A stretch of DNA of 59,845 nt, the filler included. It is 5 parts of 5 records of this genome, joined end to end, with 100 filler letters (N's around TTAATTAATTAA, not from the genome) between each part and the next. Parts side by side here need not be neighbours in the genome. Positions count along the whole stretch, not along the records: positions 1 to 13,960 come from SRR2962707_1059; 4 more parts are not named here. One strand, 5' to 3'. Under the pieces are notes generated by a model. It had not been told where the DNA came from, did no database searches, and saw only the letters and a list, made by a program, of their open reading frames with translations. The position numbers and the translations under genes were made by a program. Positions 1 to 11,660 of the stretch are shown here, in pieces (within the stretch, counting starts at the first letter, position 1; every line of letters starts with the position of its first letter).

Positions 1-80
1 TTGATTCGCTGCCAAGGCAGCTTCCCACAGAGAAAAGCCACGGAGCCGCCGTGGGAGCTGGCTTGCTGGCGAATTCAACG

Positions 81-1265
81 TCAGCCAATCGGCTCGCCAT
101 CGGCGGACAGCACAGCGGCGACAAACTGCACCAGCAGCAGAGCCGACAGCAGCATCAGCGGTATCCGCCAGTTACCAGCGGCGTCGTGCAGCAATCCCAG
201 AGTCACCGGCCCCAAAGCCGCCAGCAGGTAGCCCACGGACTGACACAGCCCGGACAGGCCGGCAGCAGCCCGGGCGTCGGCGCCGCGCAGTGCGATCAGC
301 GTCAAACCGGTACTGATCATCGAACCTTGCCCGAGGCCGAGCAGCACCACCCACAGTACCGGCTGGCTGGTTGGCGCGATCATCAACGCCGGGACACTGA
401 TCAGCAGCGGCACGTGCAATAGCACCATGGCCAGACGCCGATTACGCATGCGCGCGAAAAACAGCGGCGCGCAGAAATTGGCGGGCATACCGGACAGATT
501 GAACAGGGTCAGCAATTCCCCCGCCCGGGCCTCGCTCATACCGGCATCAACGAACACCGTCGCCAGCCAGGCGGTAAGGCTGTAGTACAACAGGCTCTGC
601 AAACCGAAGAAGACACTGAACACCCAGGCGCGGGGATTACGCCACAATCCCAATGACGGCGCCTTGCCGGACGCGGCGGGAGTCCGGTATGGCAGCATGA
701 AGCACCAACCGATAGCACCGGCCAGAGCCACCAGCGCGCACCCCGCCAGCGGATAGCGCCAGTCACCACCGAAGGCATCCCGTACCGGCACCGCCATACC
801 AGCGGCGGAAGCCGCTCCCAGGGTCATGGTGACCGAATAAAGCGCGGTCAGCGCCGCCACCTTGTGAGGGAAACGGCCGCGCACCAGACTCGGGATCAGC
901 ACATTCATGACGGCGATGGCGGCACCCAGCAACGCCGTGCCCGCCAGCAGCCAGAAATAGCTGCCAAACAGTCGCAACACCAACCCCAGGAACAGCAGCC
1001 ACAGCGCGGTCAGCAGGACCATTTCCAGCCCCCAGCGCTCGGCAAAACGGGGCGAGAAAATCGACAGCGCACCAAAGCACAGCAACGGCAACGTGGTCAG
1101 CAGCCCCAAAGCACCACCGCTGAGAGCCAGATCCTCCCCCATGCCATTGGCCAGGGGGCCGATCACGACGATCCCCACCCTCAGGTTCAGAGCGATCAGC
1201 AACAGGGCAACGAGAAACAACGGCAGCGGCAGGCGGCGCCCCTGTCCGCTATTGAGCGCGGTCAT
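81..1265 (-). CDS. CynX/NimT-family MFS transporter
   Basis: Very hydrophobic ORF with CynX-type motifs (LIALNLR, LLTTLPLLCFG, FFGLQSLLYY, LSGLCQSVGYLLAALGP). Start moved to the ATG at 1265, which follows a GAGGGG RBS. Confidence 0.85.
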   Translation of the reverse strand: MTALNSGQGRRLPLPLFLVALLLIALNLRVGIVVIGPLANGMGEDLALSGGALGLLTTLPLLCFGALSIFSPRFAERWGLEMVLLTALWLLFLGLVLRLFGSYFWLLAGTALLGAAIAVMNVLIPSLVRGRFPHKVAALTALYSVTMTLGAASAAGMAVPVRDAFGGDWRYPLAGCALVALAGAIGWCFMLPYRTPAASGKAPSLGLWRNPRAWVFSVFFGLQSLLYYSLTAWLATVFVDAGMSEARAGELLTLFNLSGMPANFCAPLFFARMRNRRLAMVLLHVPLLISVPALMIAPTSQPVLWVVLLGLGQGSMISTGLTLIALRGADARAAAGLSGLCQSVGYLLAALGPVTLGLLHDAAGNWRIPLMLLSALLLVQFVAAVLSADGEPIG

Positions 1266-1270
1266 CCCCT

Positions 1271-1738
1271 CTAACCCAATGGCAGCATGAAACGCGCCAG
1301 CCGGGACGAGGTCTGACGCAGATGAGTGCACAACACCAAGGCAATGTTCTCCATGATCACCGCCGCCGCCCGGGGACGCCGCCGGCGCAGCTGCTCAAAC
1401 CCCTTGCGGGTGAGCACCACCAAAGCGGAATTCTCCACCGCCCGCACGGTGGCGGAACGGGGCTGTTGATCCACCAGTGCCATTTCACCCAGCGAATCAC
1501 CGGGCTTGAGCTGAGCAATGACTACCTCGCCCTGCTCGGCATGATGTTTGACGATGTCGAGACGGCCGCTGGCGACGAAACAGACAAAGTCGCTGTGATC
1601 CCCTTCCCGACAGACGGTTTCCCCCGCTTTCACCCGATTCACGAACACCAGTTTTTCCACCACGGCCAGTTCTTCGGCTTCCAGACCATCGAACAACCGC
1701 ATATGAGACAACAATTGCGACAATGGAATGCTCGGCAT
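1271..1738 (-). CDS. Stand-alone cyclic nucleotide-binding domain protein (no HTH)
   Basis: 155 aa; contains GETVCREGD and the phosphate-binding cassette GEMALVDQQPRSATVRA; no C-terminal DNA-binding domain. Confidence 0.85.
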   Translation of the reverse strand: MPSIPLSQLLSHMRLFDGLEAEELAVVEKLVFVNRVKAGETVCREGDHSDFVCFVASGRLDIVKHHAEQGEVVIAQLKPGDSLGEMALVDQQPRSATVRAVENSALVVLTRKGFEQLRRRRPRAAAVIMENIALVLCTHLRQTSSRLARFMLPLG

Positions 1739-1809
1739 TCCCCTACTCCCTGCTGTACAACTCCACCAGCCCGGACGGGCTCCCCCCGCTTCTGTCTCTT
1801 ATGTTCTTC

Positions 1810-3255
1810 TCAGGCGGTACCGCCGACCGTCAGGGAGTCCACCCGCAAGGTCGGCTGCCCCACACCCACCGGTACGGACTGACCTTCCTTACCGCATACA
1901 CCAATGCCGGTATCCAGGGCCAGATCATTGCCGACCATGGAGATCCGGCTCATCACCTCCGCGCCACTGCCGATCAGCGTGGCGCCCTTGACCGGACAAA
2001 CGATTTTTCCTTTTTCCACCAGATACGCTTCGCTGGTGGAGAACACGAACCGACCGGAGGTGATGTCCACCTGACCACCGCCGAAGTTCACCGCGTAAAT
2101 GCCGCGATCCAGGCTCGCCAGTATTTCCTCGGGATCGGATTCGCCCGGCAGCATGTAAGTGTTGGTCATGCGTGGCATGGGCAGGTGGGCATAGGACTCC
2201 CGGCGGCCATTGCCAGTGGGCGCCACGCCCATAAGGCGGGCATTGGTCTTGTCCTGCATGTAGCCGGTGAGCACGCCCTTCTCGATCAGCACGTTGTAGC
2301 CGCTGGGTGTGCCTTCATCGTCCACGGTGAGCGAGCCACGGCGATCCGGCAAGGTACCATCATCCACCACCGTGCACAGATCCGACGCCACTTTTTGTCC
2401 CATTCGGCTGGCGAACATGGACGTCCCCTTACGATTGAAGTCGCCTTCCAGACCGTGCCCCACGGCCTCGTGCAACAACACCCCGGGCCAGCCGGGACCC
2501 AGCACCACCGGCATGGCGCCGGCCGGCGCCGGCGCCGCTTCCAGATTCACCAGCGCCTGCCGCACCGCGTCACGGGTCCAGGATTCCATGCGCCCGTCCT
2601 GTTCGAGCCATTGGTAGGACACCCGGCCGCCGCCTCCGGCACTGCCCCGTTCGCGACGGCCGTTGCGCTCGGCGATCACCGAAATATTGAAACGCACCAG
2701 CGGCCGCACATCCGCCGCCAGGGTGCCATCGGTGGCGGCCACCAGAATCACGTCCTGCACACCGCTGAGGCTGACGGTGACTTCCTTCACCGCCGGATCC
2801 AGCGACCGCGCCAGCCGGTCCATCTCCTGCAGCACCGCCACTTTACGTTCGCTGCTCCAGACCGGCAGCGGATCCAGCGGCGCATAACGCTCGGTCATGG
2901 CCCGGCCGCCTTGCACACGCACCGCCTTGCTGCTGCCCTGACGCCCGATCGCGGCGGCGGCGTTGCCGGCCTGAGTCAGGGTGTCCAGGGAAATATCATC
3001 GCTGTAGGCAAAGCCGGTCTTATCACCGCTGACGATACGCACGCCGGCACCGCGTTCCAGATTGAAGCTGGCGTCGCGCACCAGCCCGTCCTCCAGCACC
3101 CAGGCCTCGTGGCGGCTGTGCTGAAAGTAGATGTCGGCGTAATCCGCCTGTCCGGCCAGCTTCCCACCCAGCAGGGCCTGCAACTGGTCAGGGGCCAGCT
3201 CCGCCGGCGTCAGCAGAATATCCGCCGCCAGGGTAAAGCGCTCATCGGAGATCAT
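1810..3255 (-). CDS. tldD: Metalloprotease TldD
   Basis: Motifs [26 protein letters not shown] and [17 protein letters not shown]. Start at the ATG at 3255 (MISDERF), overlapping the upstream gene's end. Confidence 0.95.
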   Translation of the reverse strand: MISDERFTLAADILLTPAELAPDQLQALLGGKLAGQADYADIYFQHSRHEAWVLEDGLVRDASFNLERGAGVRIVSGDKTGFAYSDDISLDTLTQAGNAAAAIGRQGSSKAVRVQGGRAMTERYAPLDPLPVWSSERKVAVLQEMDRLARSLDPAVKEVTVSLSGVQDVILVAATDGTLAADVRPLVRFNISVIAERNGRRERGSAGGGGRVSYQWLEQDGRMESWTRDAVRQALVNLEAAPAPAGAMPVVLGPGWPGVLLHEAVGHGLEGDFNRKGTSMFASRMGQKVASDLCTVVDDGTLPDRRGSLTVDDEGTPSGYNVLIEKGVLTGYMQDKTNARLMGVAPTGNGRRESYAHLPMPRMTNTYMLPGESDPEEILASLDRGIYAVNFGGGQVDITSGRFVFSTSEAYLVEKGKIVCPVKGATLIGSGAEVMSRISMVGNDLALDTGIGVCGKEGQSVPVGVGQPTLRVDSLTVGGTA

Positions 3256-4090
3256 AGAAACTTTCCACCGTGAATCGTTGATGCTGGTGCACCGGCAACG
3301 CGGAACGCACCTGCGTAAGAGTCGCGCGGTCCACGTCGCCGAGAACCACCGAGGGCTCGCCGCCAGCTTGGGCGACCACCCTACCCCATGGGTCCACCAG
3401 CATGGAATGACCAAAACTCGCCCGTTTCTCGCTGTGCTGTCCGCATTGGTTGGCGCCCAGCACGTAGCAACCGTTTTGCACCGCGCAAGCGCGCATCAGC
3501 AATTCCCAGTGCGCGGCACCGGTGGTGGCGGTGAACGCACTGGGGTAAATCAATAACTCGGCGCCGCGCGCCACCAAGGCCCGGGCCAGAAGCGGGAAAC
3601 GCAGGTCGTAACAGATCGCCATGCCCAGGGTCAGGCCGGCGGCCGGCGCGGTGACCACGGCATCGCCGGGTTCGAATACCTCCGACTCCCGGTAACGCCC
3701 CTGACTGTCCTGCACATCCACATCGAACAAATGCAGCTTGTCGTAGCCGGCGATCACCGCGCCATCCGGTCCCAGCAACACACTGCGTGTACGCACCCGC
3801 GGTGCCGGCACTTCACTGCCGTCAGGACGGTATCGCGCCGGCAGACTGCCAGCCACCAGATACAGTTGATGACGCCGCGCCTGCTCCCCCAGCCATGCCA
3901 GCAGGTCGTCATACCGTGCCGCCAGCTCGCGATAATTGACGCCGTAACCGGCGAAGTTCTCCGGCAATAGCGCCAAACGGGCCCCACCGGCGGCAGCCCG
4001 CTCCAGACCCGCTTCCGCTTCGCGCAGGTTGTCCGTCAGCACCTTGCCGCTGGTCATTTGCACCGCGGCCACGGTGATCAGGTCACTCAT
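3242..4090 (-). CDS. Carbon-nitrogen hydrolase (Nit1-like, probable deaminated glutathione amidase)
   Basis: Glu-Lys-Cys triad motifs [12 protein letters not shown] and ICYDLRFP; conserved position between yhdP and tldD. Confidence 0.85.
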   Translation of the reverse strand: MSDLITVAAVQMTSGKVLTDNLREAEAGLERAAAGGARLALLPENFAGYGVNYRELAARYDDLLAWLGEQARRHQLYLVAGSLPARYRPDGSEVPAPRVRTRSVLLGPDGAVIAGYDKLHLFDVDVQDSQGRYRESEVFEPGDAVVTAPAAGLTLGMAICYDLRFPLLARALVARGAELLIYPSAFTATTGAAHWELLMRACAVQNGCYVLGANQCGQHSEKRASFGHSMLVDPWGRVVAQAGGEPSVVLGDVDRATLTQVRSALPVHQHQRFTVESFYDLR

Positions 4091-4094
4091 CGCC

Positions 4095-7000
4095 TCACTC
4101 CGCTTCCGTCACCCGGGGTTCCTTCCAGGGTCCCGAAACCTGATATTCCATGGTGGTGGTCTTGTCCAGCTTATCACCCCACAGCCGCTCCACCACGAAA
4201 ACCCCGGCACAAACCGCCGGCCCGGCAAGACAGCCGGCATACAGATTGCTGGAAATCGGCAACGTCATGGCAACCCGGTTATTCAAGGTCTGTTCCGCCA
4301 GATTCACCTGTCCGGAAACCTGGAACGCCGCCGATGGCGAGTCGATGTGCAAATTCTGGGTGCTGACCCGAGGCCCCTGGAACTGGAAATCGCCTTTGAG
4401 AGCGTCACAGCTGAGGCCTTTTTTGTAGAGATCGGAGAAATCCAGTCGCAGGCGGCGCTGTAGCGTACCGATGTTAAACACACCGAGCACCCGCAAAATG
4501 GAAGTGCGCGAATCGGTATCCGGTATCCGGCACTCGCCGATGTCCACGTTCACCTGCCCCTGCAGTCCCAACGGCGGCGGTGACAACGGCCAGCCGTTCC
4601 AGGACAGATTCAGCGAAGCGCGGGCGTCCTTGCTTTCCACCAGCGGCGGCAGGCCCCAGGCGGACAACGCCTTGCCAAGATCGTCGGACGTCAAAATACC
4701 CTGGAACCGCGTGTGCTGAGCACGGTCGTCACCAGTCCAGGTCAGGGCGCCATCCACACCGACTCGGCGCCAGCCACCGCGCAGGCCGCTGATGTGCACA
4801 CCGCCGTCCACCGGACGCAGATTACCGCTCCAGTCGCCCAACTGCTGCCCCCCCAGCCGCAAATCGCTGATCGTCGCGTCCAGCGGCGGCAGCGTGGAAG
4901 GGGCAATCGGCGCTTTGCCGGCACCGCCATCGCTCCCACCCGTGGCCCCCTCCGGCAGATACAGACGGGATACCGTCAACAGCAGGGGCCGTTGCCCCCG
5001 TGCCTGGAAGCCGCCGGGAACCTGCAGCGAGGCCGCCACCTGATCCCCCAATAGCCCCAGTTCCCAGCCGGAACCCGCCGGCATGGCGGAAAAACGGACC
5101 TGCCGGAACCGCTGTCCCGCCAGCGTCAACTCGCCAACATTGAACACCGCCCGGTTGACCAGGGCATTCTGTCCGCCACCGGCGCCGCCGCCGGCAAGGC
5201 TGCCGATAAACTCCATCCAGGCATTGGCATCGGCCCGGTCCACATGCCCCAGGAAAGTCACGCCCCGGGACGGCATGTTCGGCAGATCCCCCTCGCCCAG
5301 CCGGATCACCCCGGCCACCGGATCGCCGATGCGGATCCGTCCACGGCCAACGCCGGCGTACTCCACACGCAGATCCTGCCGTTCCGGATCCAGACTCAGC
5401 CACAGCCGGCGGCTGCTGTCCGCCGATTTACCCAGCGGCGCCGGCGCGTTAACAGCCACCCCCCGCAACGACGATGAGGCCTCCAGATGGAAACCTCGCC
5501 CGCGCCAGGGCATGCTCATGGTAATGTCCACCGGCACGGTCCCGGACACCGGAGAGAGCCAGTCAAAACCCAGCCATTGCCGCAACCGCGCCGCGGGCAA
5601 ACCACCGGTCAATACCAGACGGCTGTCAGCGTCCCGGGTGGTCCAGGCGCCGCTGAAGCGGCCCCCCAGCCCTTCCCCCTTGAGGTCCGGCAGATTCAAT
5701 CCATTGCGGCTGTGAAAATGCACCGGCGAGGCTACCCCGGTCAGGATCAGCCGGCGTGCCTCATTGGCCACGGTGACACCGCTCGCGCTGCCGTCCGCCA
5801 CCACTGTTACCTGCCGCCCTTCACCTTTTTTGAGCGGCACATCCAGCAGCAGGTGCCCCTGCACCTGGCCCTCGCGAAAGCGCCAATCCAGCAGTTCCTT
5901 CGGCAGGGTGGCGGCCAGCGGCGTGTCATGGAAAATGCGATCAACATCCGCGGCCGGACCGCTGACCTTGCCCTGCACCACCAATTGACCGCCCTGCTCG
6001 GGAATATCCACCGCCACCTGACTGATTTGGCTGTCGAACAAAGTGCCGCTGCCGGCGGTGGCCACCAAACGCCGTCCGTCCACCAGCACCTCCGCGTCCG
6101 CGGCGGTGGCCACCGGCCAGTCGGGCAGAAATGACAGGGCGACATCGCGGGCCTGATAGCGCATCTGGAAGGTGCGATCCTGTTGGCGCTGGCGATCGAT
6201 TTTCACCGGCCCCTGGTACAGGAACTGGCCATGATCCAGGTGACCGCCCCGGAACGCCTGGCCCAACCAGTCGCCAAGACCGTCGGGCAGACGCCCAAGC
6301 GGAATATAATGACTGGCGCGAGCACCGTCGCCGTCGAACAGATCCGCCAGCAGCCGCAATTCAGGGATTTGTTCCGCCCCGCCCCGCACCCGGGCCATGG
6401 CCACGCCCCGGGCATCCGGATTGCGGGCGCGTATCGCGCCGCTGTCCAACGTCCAGGATTGATCTTCCAGCGACCAGCGCAGCGCACCGGTGAACGCCGC
6501 TTCCAGGGCATGGTCATAGAATTCCGGCAGCATCAGGCCAACCGCGTCGCCGCGCAGATCCGCCAAGCCCCCCTCCGGCGTGGCCGTCAGCCAGCCGTTG
6601 AGGCCCGAGACGCCAGGCAGTTTATCCACCGCCCGCACCTGCAGGTCGCTGAAGCGAGCCTGGAGTGAACGCCAAGCCGTGCCCTCACCGGTCAGATACA
6701 GGCTCCGCAACTGTCCCTGGGGTTGGAATGCCTCGAGCTTTTGCCGGAGCGGCGAGATCGATGCCGGCCATGCGAATGGCCACTGCGCCAGTTGCCGTGC
6801 CAGCGCCTGCAAGCGCAGCCGTTCACCACGGGCCGCCCATGATCGTGCCTGGCCTTCTCCGGGCTCACGCCAGGATGCTGCCAGCGGCCCGGGAGCCAGG
6901 TCGCCGGCCGGCGTTTCACCCCGCACTTTGGAGAGCACCACCTCTCCCCCCTGTCGCGGGTTGTAGCGGAAGCGCGCGTCCAGATTCAGGTCGCTGATCT

Positions 7001-7877
7001 CCCAGGGCGTTTCGCCATCGGTGAGCACCAATCGTGGCGCCGAAAGACGGGCGCTGCCGCTGGTGGGGCGGCCATCCCTGACCTCCAGCCACAATTGTGT
7101 TTTGCCCTGCAGATTCTGCAGGTCCAGAGGCCACTCACGGGTGTCCGGCAGCCACTCCTCCAGCCGCTCTCCATCCAACGACAAATAGGCACCGGCATTC
7201 ACCTGCTCCCAGCGCAGCGGGTTGCCGTCCAGACGCAGCCTCCCGTCCACGGAAAAGGGACGGTCACGGGCCTCCAGCTTCACCGCCAGACGGTGCTGGT
7301 CGCCAAGGTTGACCAGCGCCAGACGCAAAGACGATGCCAGCGGCGGCAAATCCGGCCATTCCAGAGAGAAGCGGGCGTCGTCGATGACAATACGGTATTG
7401 GTGATAGAGCAGCGACAACCAGCGGTCCCATTGCGGCTCACCGCCCTCGAAAGCCTCCAGACCACGCAGACGGATCCGGCCTTGCTCGTCACGAACCAGA
7501 TGCAGATCCACGCCTTCGACACGCAGTTCGTTGAGGCGGGGTTCCCGGGTCAGTAGCGAGGCCAGAACCCGAACACTGACGTCCACCCGATCCAGGGTCA
7601 GTGGAGACCCGCCTTCCACCGCCGGCAGACTCAGCCCGAACAGCCGGATGCGCGGTGACAGCCCTTCCATCTCGCCTTCCAGGCGGTCGATCTTGATGTC
7701 GGTGCCGAAGCGCTCCGCCACCAGCGTTTCCAGTTGTGTCCGGTATTCTGGCAATACCGCCATGAACTGCCGCATGGCGACCACGTACACCGCCAGCAAC
7801 ACCAGTGGAATGGCCACCAGCCACCATAGCCAGTCGCGCCAGAAGGCATGTCCGTGCCTGTCGTTTTTTCTGCTCAC
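4095..7877 (-). CDS. yhdP: AsmA-like intermembrane phospholipid transporter YhdP
   Basis: ~1260 aa with one N-terminal TM helix, a beta-rich body and C-terminal RRLRLDFSDL...YQVSGPWKEP. GTG start at 7877 follows a GAGG RBS; the longer ORF-track start overlaps maf. Confidence 0.9.
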   Translation of the reverse strand: MSRKNDRHGHAFWRDWLWWLVAIPLVLLAVYVVAMRQFMAVLPEYRTQLETLVAERFGTDIKIDRLEGEMEGLSPRIRLFGLSLPAVEGGSPLTLDRVDVSVRVLASLLTREPRLNELRVEGVDLHLVRDEQGRIRLRGLEAFEGGEPQWDRWLSLLYHQYRIVIDDARFSLEWPDLPPLASSLRLALVNLGDQHRLAVKLEARDRPFSVDGRLRLDGNPLRWEQVNAGAYLSLDGERLEEWLPDTREWPLDLQNLQGKTQLWLEVRDGRPTSGSARLSAPRLVLTDGETPWEISDLNLDARFRYNPRQGGEVVLSKVRGETPAGDLAPGPLAASWREPGEGQARSWAARGERLRLQALARQLAQWPFAWPASISPLRQKLEAFQPQGQLRSLYLTGEGTAWRSLQARFSDLQVRAVDKLPGVSGLNGWLTATPEGGLADLRGDAVGLMLPEFYDHALEAAFTGALRWSLEDQSWTLDSGAIRARNPDARGVAMARVRGGAEQIPELRLLADLFDGDGARASHYIPLGRLPDGLGDWLGQAFRGGHLDHGQFLYQGPVKIDRQRQQDRTFQMRYQARDVALSFLPDWPVATAADAEVLVDGRRLVATAGSGTLFDSQISQVAVDIPEQGGQLVVQGKVSGPAADVDRIFHDTPLAATLPKELLDWRFREGQVQGHLLLDVPLKKGEGRQVTVVADGSASGVTVANEARRLILTGVASPVHFHSRNGLNLPDLKGEGLGGRFSGAWTTRDADSRLVLTGGLPAARLRQWLGFDWLSPVSGTVPVDITMSMPWRGRGFHLEASSSLRGVAVNAPAPLGKSADSSRRLWLSLDPERQDLRVEYAGVGRGRIRIGDPVAGVIRLGEGDLPNMPSRGVTFLGHVDRADANAWMEFIGSLAGGGAGGGQNALVNRAVFNVGELTLAGQRFRQVRFSAMPAGSGWELGLLGDQVAASLQVPGGFQARGQRPLLLTVSRLYLPEGATGGSDGGAGKAPIAPSTLPPLDATISDLRLGGQQLGDWSGNLRPVDGGVHISGLRGGWRRVGVDGALTWTGDDRAQHTRFQGILTSDDLGKALSAWGLPPLVESKDARASLNLSWNGWPLSPPPLGLQGQVNVDIGECRIPDTDSRTSILRVLGVFNIGTLQRRLRLDFSDLYKKGLSCDALKGDFQFQGPRVSTQNLHIDSPSAAFQVSGQVNLAEQTLNNRVAMTLPISSNLYAGCLAGPAVCAGVFVVERLWGDKLDKTTTMEYQVSGPWKEPRVTEAE

Positions 7878-7903
7878 CTTGGCCTCGTCACCACCTTCGC
7901 GCC

Positions 7904-8524
7904 CTATTCGGCGGGCACGGAGATACCGTAGGGAACCCCCGCCCATTCCAGCAGAGGAAGGGTCTGCTCCAGGGGCAGTCCCACCACCCCACTGTAACTG
8001 CCGGCCAGGGACGCCACCAGCGCGGCACCCAGCCCCTGTATGCCGTAGGCACCGGCTTTGTCCCGGCCTTCTCCGTGGGCCACATAGGCGCGCCGCTGAG
8101 CCGCGGTGAGCTCCCGGAACCTTACCCGGGTTGTCGACATGGCCGTGCGCGCCTCGCCCTGATACAACACGCAGACCCCGCTGAGCACCCGATGTTCCCG
8201 GCCGCACAGGGCATCGATCATGGCCAGGGCATCTTCATCATCGACGGGCTTGCCGAGAATGCGCTCCTCCAGCACCACCGCGGTATCCGCGCCGAGCACC
8301 GCACCGGGCGACGCGCGCAAACCCTCACCGGCGCCAGCCTTGGCGCGGGCCAAACGGATCACGTATTGCTCGGCAGGTTCATCGGGAAAGGGTGTTTCGT
8401 CCACGCCCGGAGCCGGCAGGCGGGTAAAGCGGGCGCCCACCTGGGTCAACAACTCCGCCCGCCGGGGCGAACCGGAAGCGAGAAACAGCGGCGTCCCCCG
8501 CTGAGGTAAAACAACGTCCGTCAT
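7904..8524 (-). CDS. maf: Maf-family nucleoside triphosphate pyrophosphatase (YhdE-like)
   Basis: Motifs LASGSPRR, VLGADTAV and DKAGAYGIQG; start at the ATG at 8524 (MTDVVLP). Confidence 0.93.
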   Translation of the reverse strand: MTDVVLPQRGTPLFLASGSPRRAELLTQVGARFTRLPAPGVDETPFPDEPAEQYVIRLARAKAGAGEGLRASPGAVLGADTAVVLEERILGKPVDDEDALAMIDALCGREHRVLSGVCVLYQGEARTAMSTTRVRFRELTAAQRRAYVAHGEGRDKAGAYGIQGLGAALVASLAGSYSGVVGLPLEQTLPLLEWAGVPYGISVPAE

Positions 8525-8556
8525 GTCGTCCTGCCATCGGCCTGGTCGATCCGTTC

Positions 8557-9048
8557 TCAGCGCACCAGAAAACGCAACTGCACCCAGCGCAGCGCGGCCA
8601 CGATCGGCCGCCACAGCACCGCGCTGGCCAGCGTACTGTAAAGGATCGTATAGGGAGGATAATAAGCGCGCCCCACGGATTCCTGCACCAGATAGGCTAG
8701 CAGATTCGAGGAGCCGACCAACAGGAACACCACGGCGGTTTGCTGCAAAGCCGGAAAGACACGCATACGCTTGTAGGCGGCCAACATGAAGTAGGCCCCC
8801 AGGCTATAGGCCAGAGCCCATTGACCCAGCGTGGTGCCCACCAGCACATCGTGATACAGCCCGACCACGAAGCCCCACAGCACGCCGACCCGATGCGGCA
8901 ACGCCAGTACCCAGTACATCAGCACCAGCAACAGCCAGTCCGGACGCAACCAGTTCAGATCCTCGGGCAGTGGTACCACCTCCAGCAGACCGGCGAGGAA
9001 CAGCGTCACCAGGATCACGCCGGTGCCGGCCGGTTTCTCCTTGCTCAT
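8557..9048 (-). CDS. mreD: Rod shape-determining protein MreD
   Basis: Hydrophobic 163 aa with RPDWLLLVLMYWVLALPHRVG; directly downstream of mreC. Confidence 0.93.
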   Translation of the reverse strand: MSKEKPAGTGVILVTLFLAGLLEVVPLPEDLNWLRPDWLLLVLMYWVLALPHRVGVLWGFVVGLYHDVLVGTTLGQWALAYSLGAYFMLAAYKRMRVFPALQQTAVVFLLVGSSNLLAYLVQESVGRAYYPPYTILYSTLASAVLWRPIVAALRWVQLRFLVR

Positions 9049-9923
9049 TGGCCTTCCTCCTCCGCCCCATCCGGCGGCGCGTCCCCTGGTTCGTCCTGAT
9101 CGGCGGGGGCGGGTTCCACCGGTTTGGATTCCACCAGCAGCACGTGACTGGCGCGATCAATCTGGGCCTTGGGGCGGGCCAGGATATCGGCGAAGGCGGC
9201 ACCGGAGCGGTGATCCACACTGACCACCTCGGCCACCGGATAGCCACGGGGATAGAGTTGCCCCAGGCCCGTGCTCACCAGCAAATCGCCCTGTTGCACA
9301 TCGGCGGTATCCGGCACGTACAGCAGACGCAGGGTATTGCCCTGGCCGGTGCCGGCCAGAATCGCGCGGACCCCGTTACGGTTGACCTGCACACTCATGG
9401 CATGGCTGGCGTCGGTGATCAGCAGCACCCGCGAAGCCAGCGGCCCCACTTCCACCACCTGCCCGATCAGCCCCTGGGCTTCCAGCACACCCTGACCACG
9501 GCGCACACCCTCGCGGGCACCCTTGTTGATCACGATTTCCTGGCGGTTGGGGTCCGGATCCAGACCGATGATCTCCGCCACCAGCACCGACCCTTCCAAG
9601 CTCGCCGAGGAGTTCAACAGCTCGCGCAAGCGGGTATTTTCCGCCTCCAGTACCGCCAGTTTCTGCACCCGCTGCTCCAGAATCAGCACCTGACGGTTCA
9701 GGCGCTCCTGATCTTCCAGCAGTTCGGCGCGGCTCTGGGTCTGGCGTGAAACGAAACGGGCGGTATCCACCGGCAGATGGGCCAGGTACTGAGCCGGCGC
9801 GGTGAGGTAGCCGAACACGTAACGGATCGGCTGTGCCCACGGTGTGCGCTGGTCGAGCACCATCAACACCACGGCAAGCACCAGCGCGATGAGAAGACGG
9901 TAAGTTGGGTTGGAAGAGGACAT
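9045..9923 (-). CDS. mreC: Rod shape-determining protein MreC
   Basis: N-terminal TM helix, coiled coil (ENTRLRELL), IVINKG and GDLLVSTGLGQLYPRGYPVA. Confidence 0.95.
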   Translation of the reverse strand: MSSSNPTYRLLIALVLAVVLMVLDQRTPWAQPIRYVFGYLTAPAQYLAHLPVDTARFVSRQTQSRAELLEDQERLNRQVLILEQRVQKLAVLEAENTRLRELLNSSASLEGSVLVAEIIGLDPDPNRQEIVINKGAREGVRRGQGVLEAQGLIGQVVEVGPLASRVLLITDASHAMSVQVNRNGVRAILAGTGQGNTLRLLYVPDTADVQQGDLLVSTGLGQLYPRGYPVAEVVSVDHRSGAAFADILARPKAQIDRASHVLLVESKPVEPAPADQDEPGDAPPDGAEEEGQ

Positions 9924-9968
9924 GGCCGTCGGTTACCAGGACACTGGCGCCTTGGCGGCGCCGGTCGA

Positions 9969-11180
<1,212 letters not shown>

Positions 11181-11366
11181 TCATCCGCTATCACCGGGGC
11201 ATGCACCTGGATTTACCCCTCCCGGATACCGGTTCAGTGGCTCCCCGAGGCCTGTCTGTGGTACTTTTTGCGCCTTCCTGAAGCCGATTTCCGATCCCGT
11301 GCCGACGCCACGGCGTGCTGATACCGGGCTGTGCTGATTCTTGCGAAGAGAACAACGGAGAGAACC

Positions 11367-11654
11367 ATGGCTATTGATTCCAAGGTGGTCGCTCAAGTCG
11401 CCCACCTGGCCTGCCTGCAAGTGGACGACAACGAGACCGCGGCGCTGAGCGAACGGCTCAATGACATTCTCGCCATGGTGGACCAATTGCAGCAGGCCAA
11501 TGTGGATGGGGTTGCTCCCCTGGCTCACCCTCTGGATGTGAGTCAACCGCTACGCGACGACCAAGTTACCGAACCGGACGTGCGCGAACGGGTCATGCCG
11601 ATCGCCCCGGTCACCGAAGAGGGCTGTTTCCTGGTCCCCCGAGTCATTGAATAA
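11367..11654 (+). CDS. gatC: Asp/Glu-tRNA amidotransferase subunit C
   Basis: VAHLACL...PLAHPLD...LRDD...FLVPRVIE; GGAG RBS precedes the ATG at 11367; upstream of gatA. Confidence 0.95.
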   Translation: MAIDSKVVAQVAHLACLQVDDNETAALSERLNDILAMVDQLQQANVDGVAPLAHPLDVSQPLRDDQVTEPDVRERVMPIAPVTEEGCFLVPRVIE

Positions 11655-11660
11655 GACGCC

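Noticed and set aside
1723-3273. 516-aa plus-strand ORF
   Set aside because: Antisense shadow of tldD in GC-rich DNA with no recognisable motifs. The same applies to 11928-13091 (opposite gatA), 30312-31358 (opposite ltnD) and 41203-42171 (opposite the LacI gene).
7878-8207. 110-aa N-terminal extension of YhdP in the ORF track
   Set aside because: Overlaps maf in another frame; an RBS-supported GTG at 7877 gives the normal N-terminal TM architecture.
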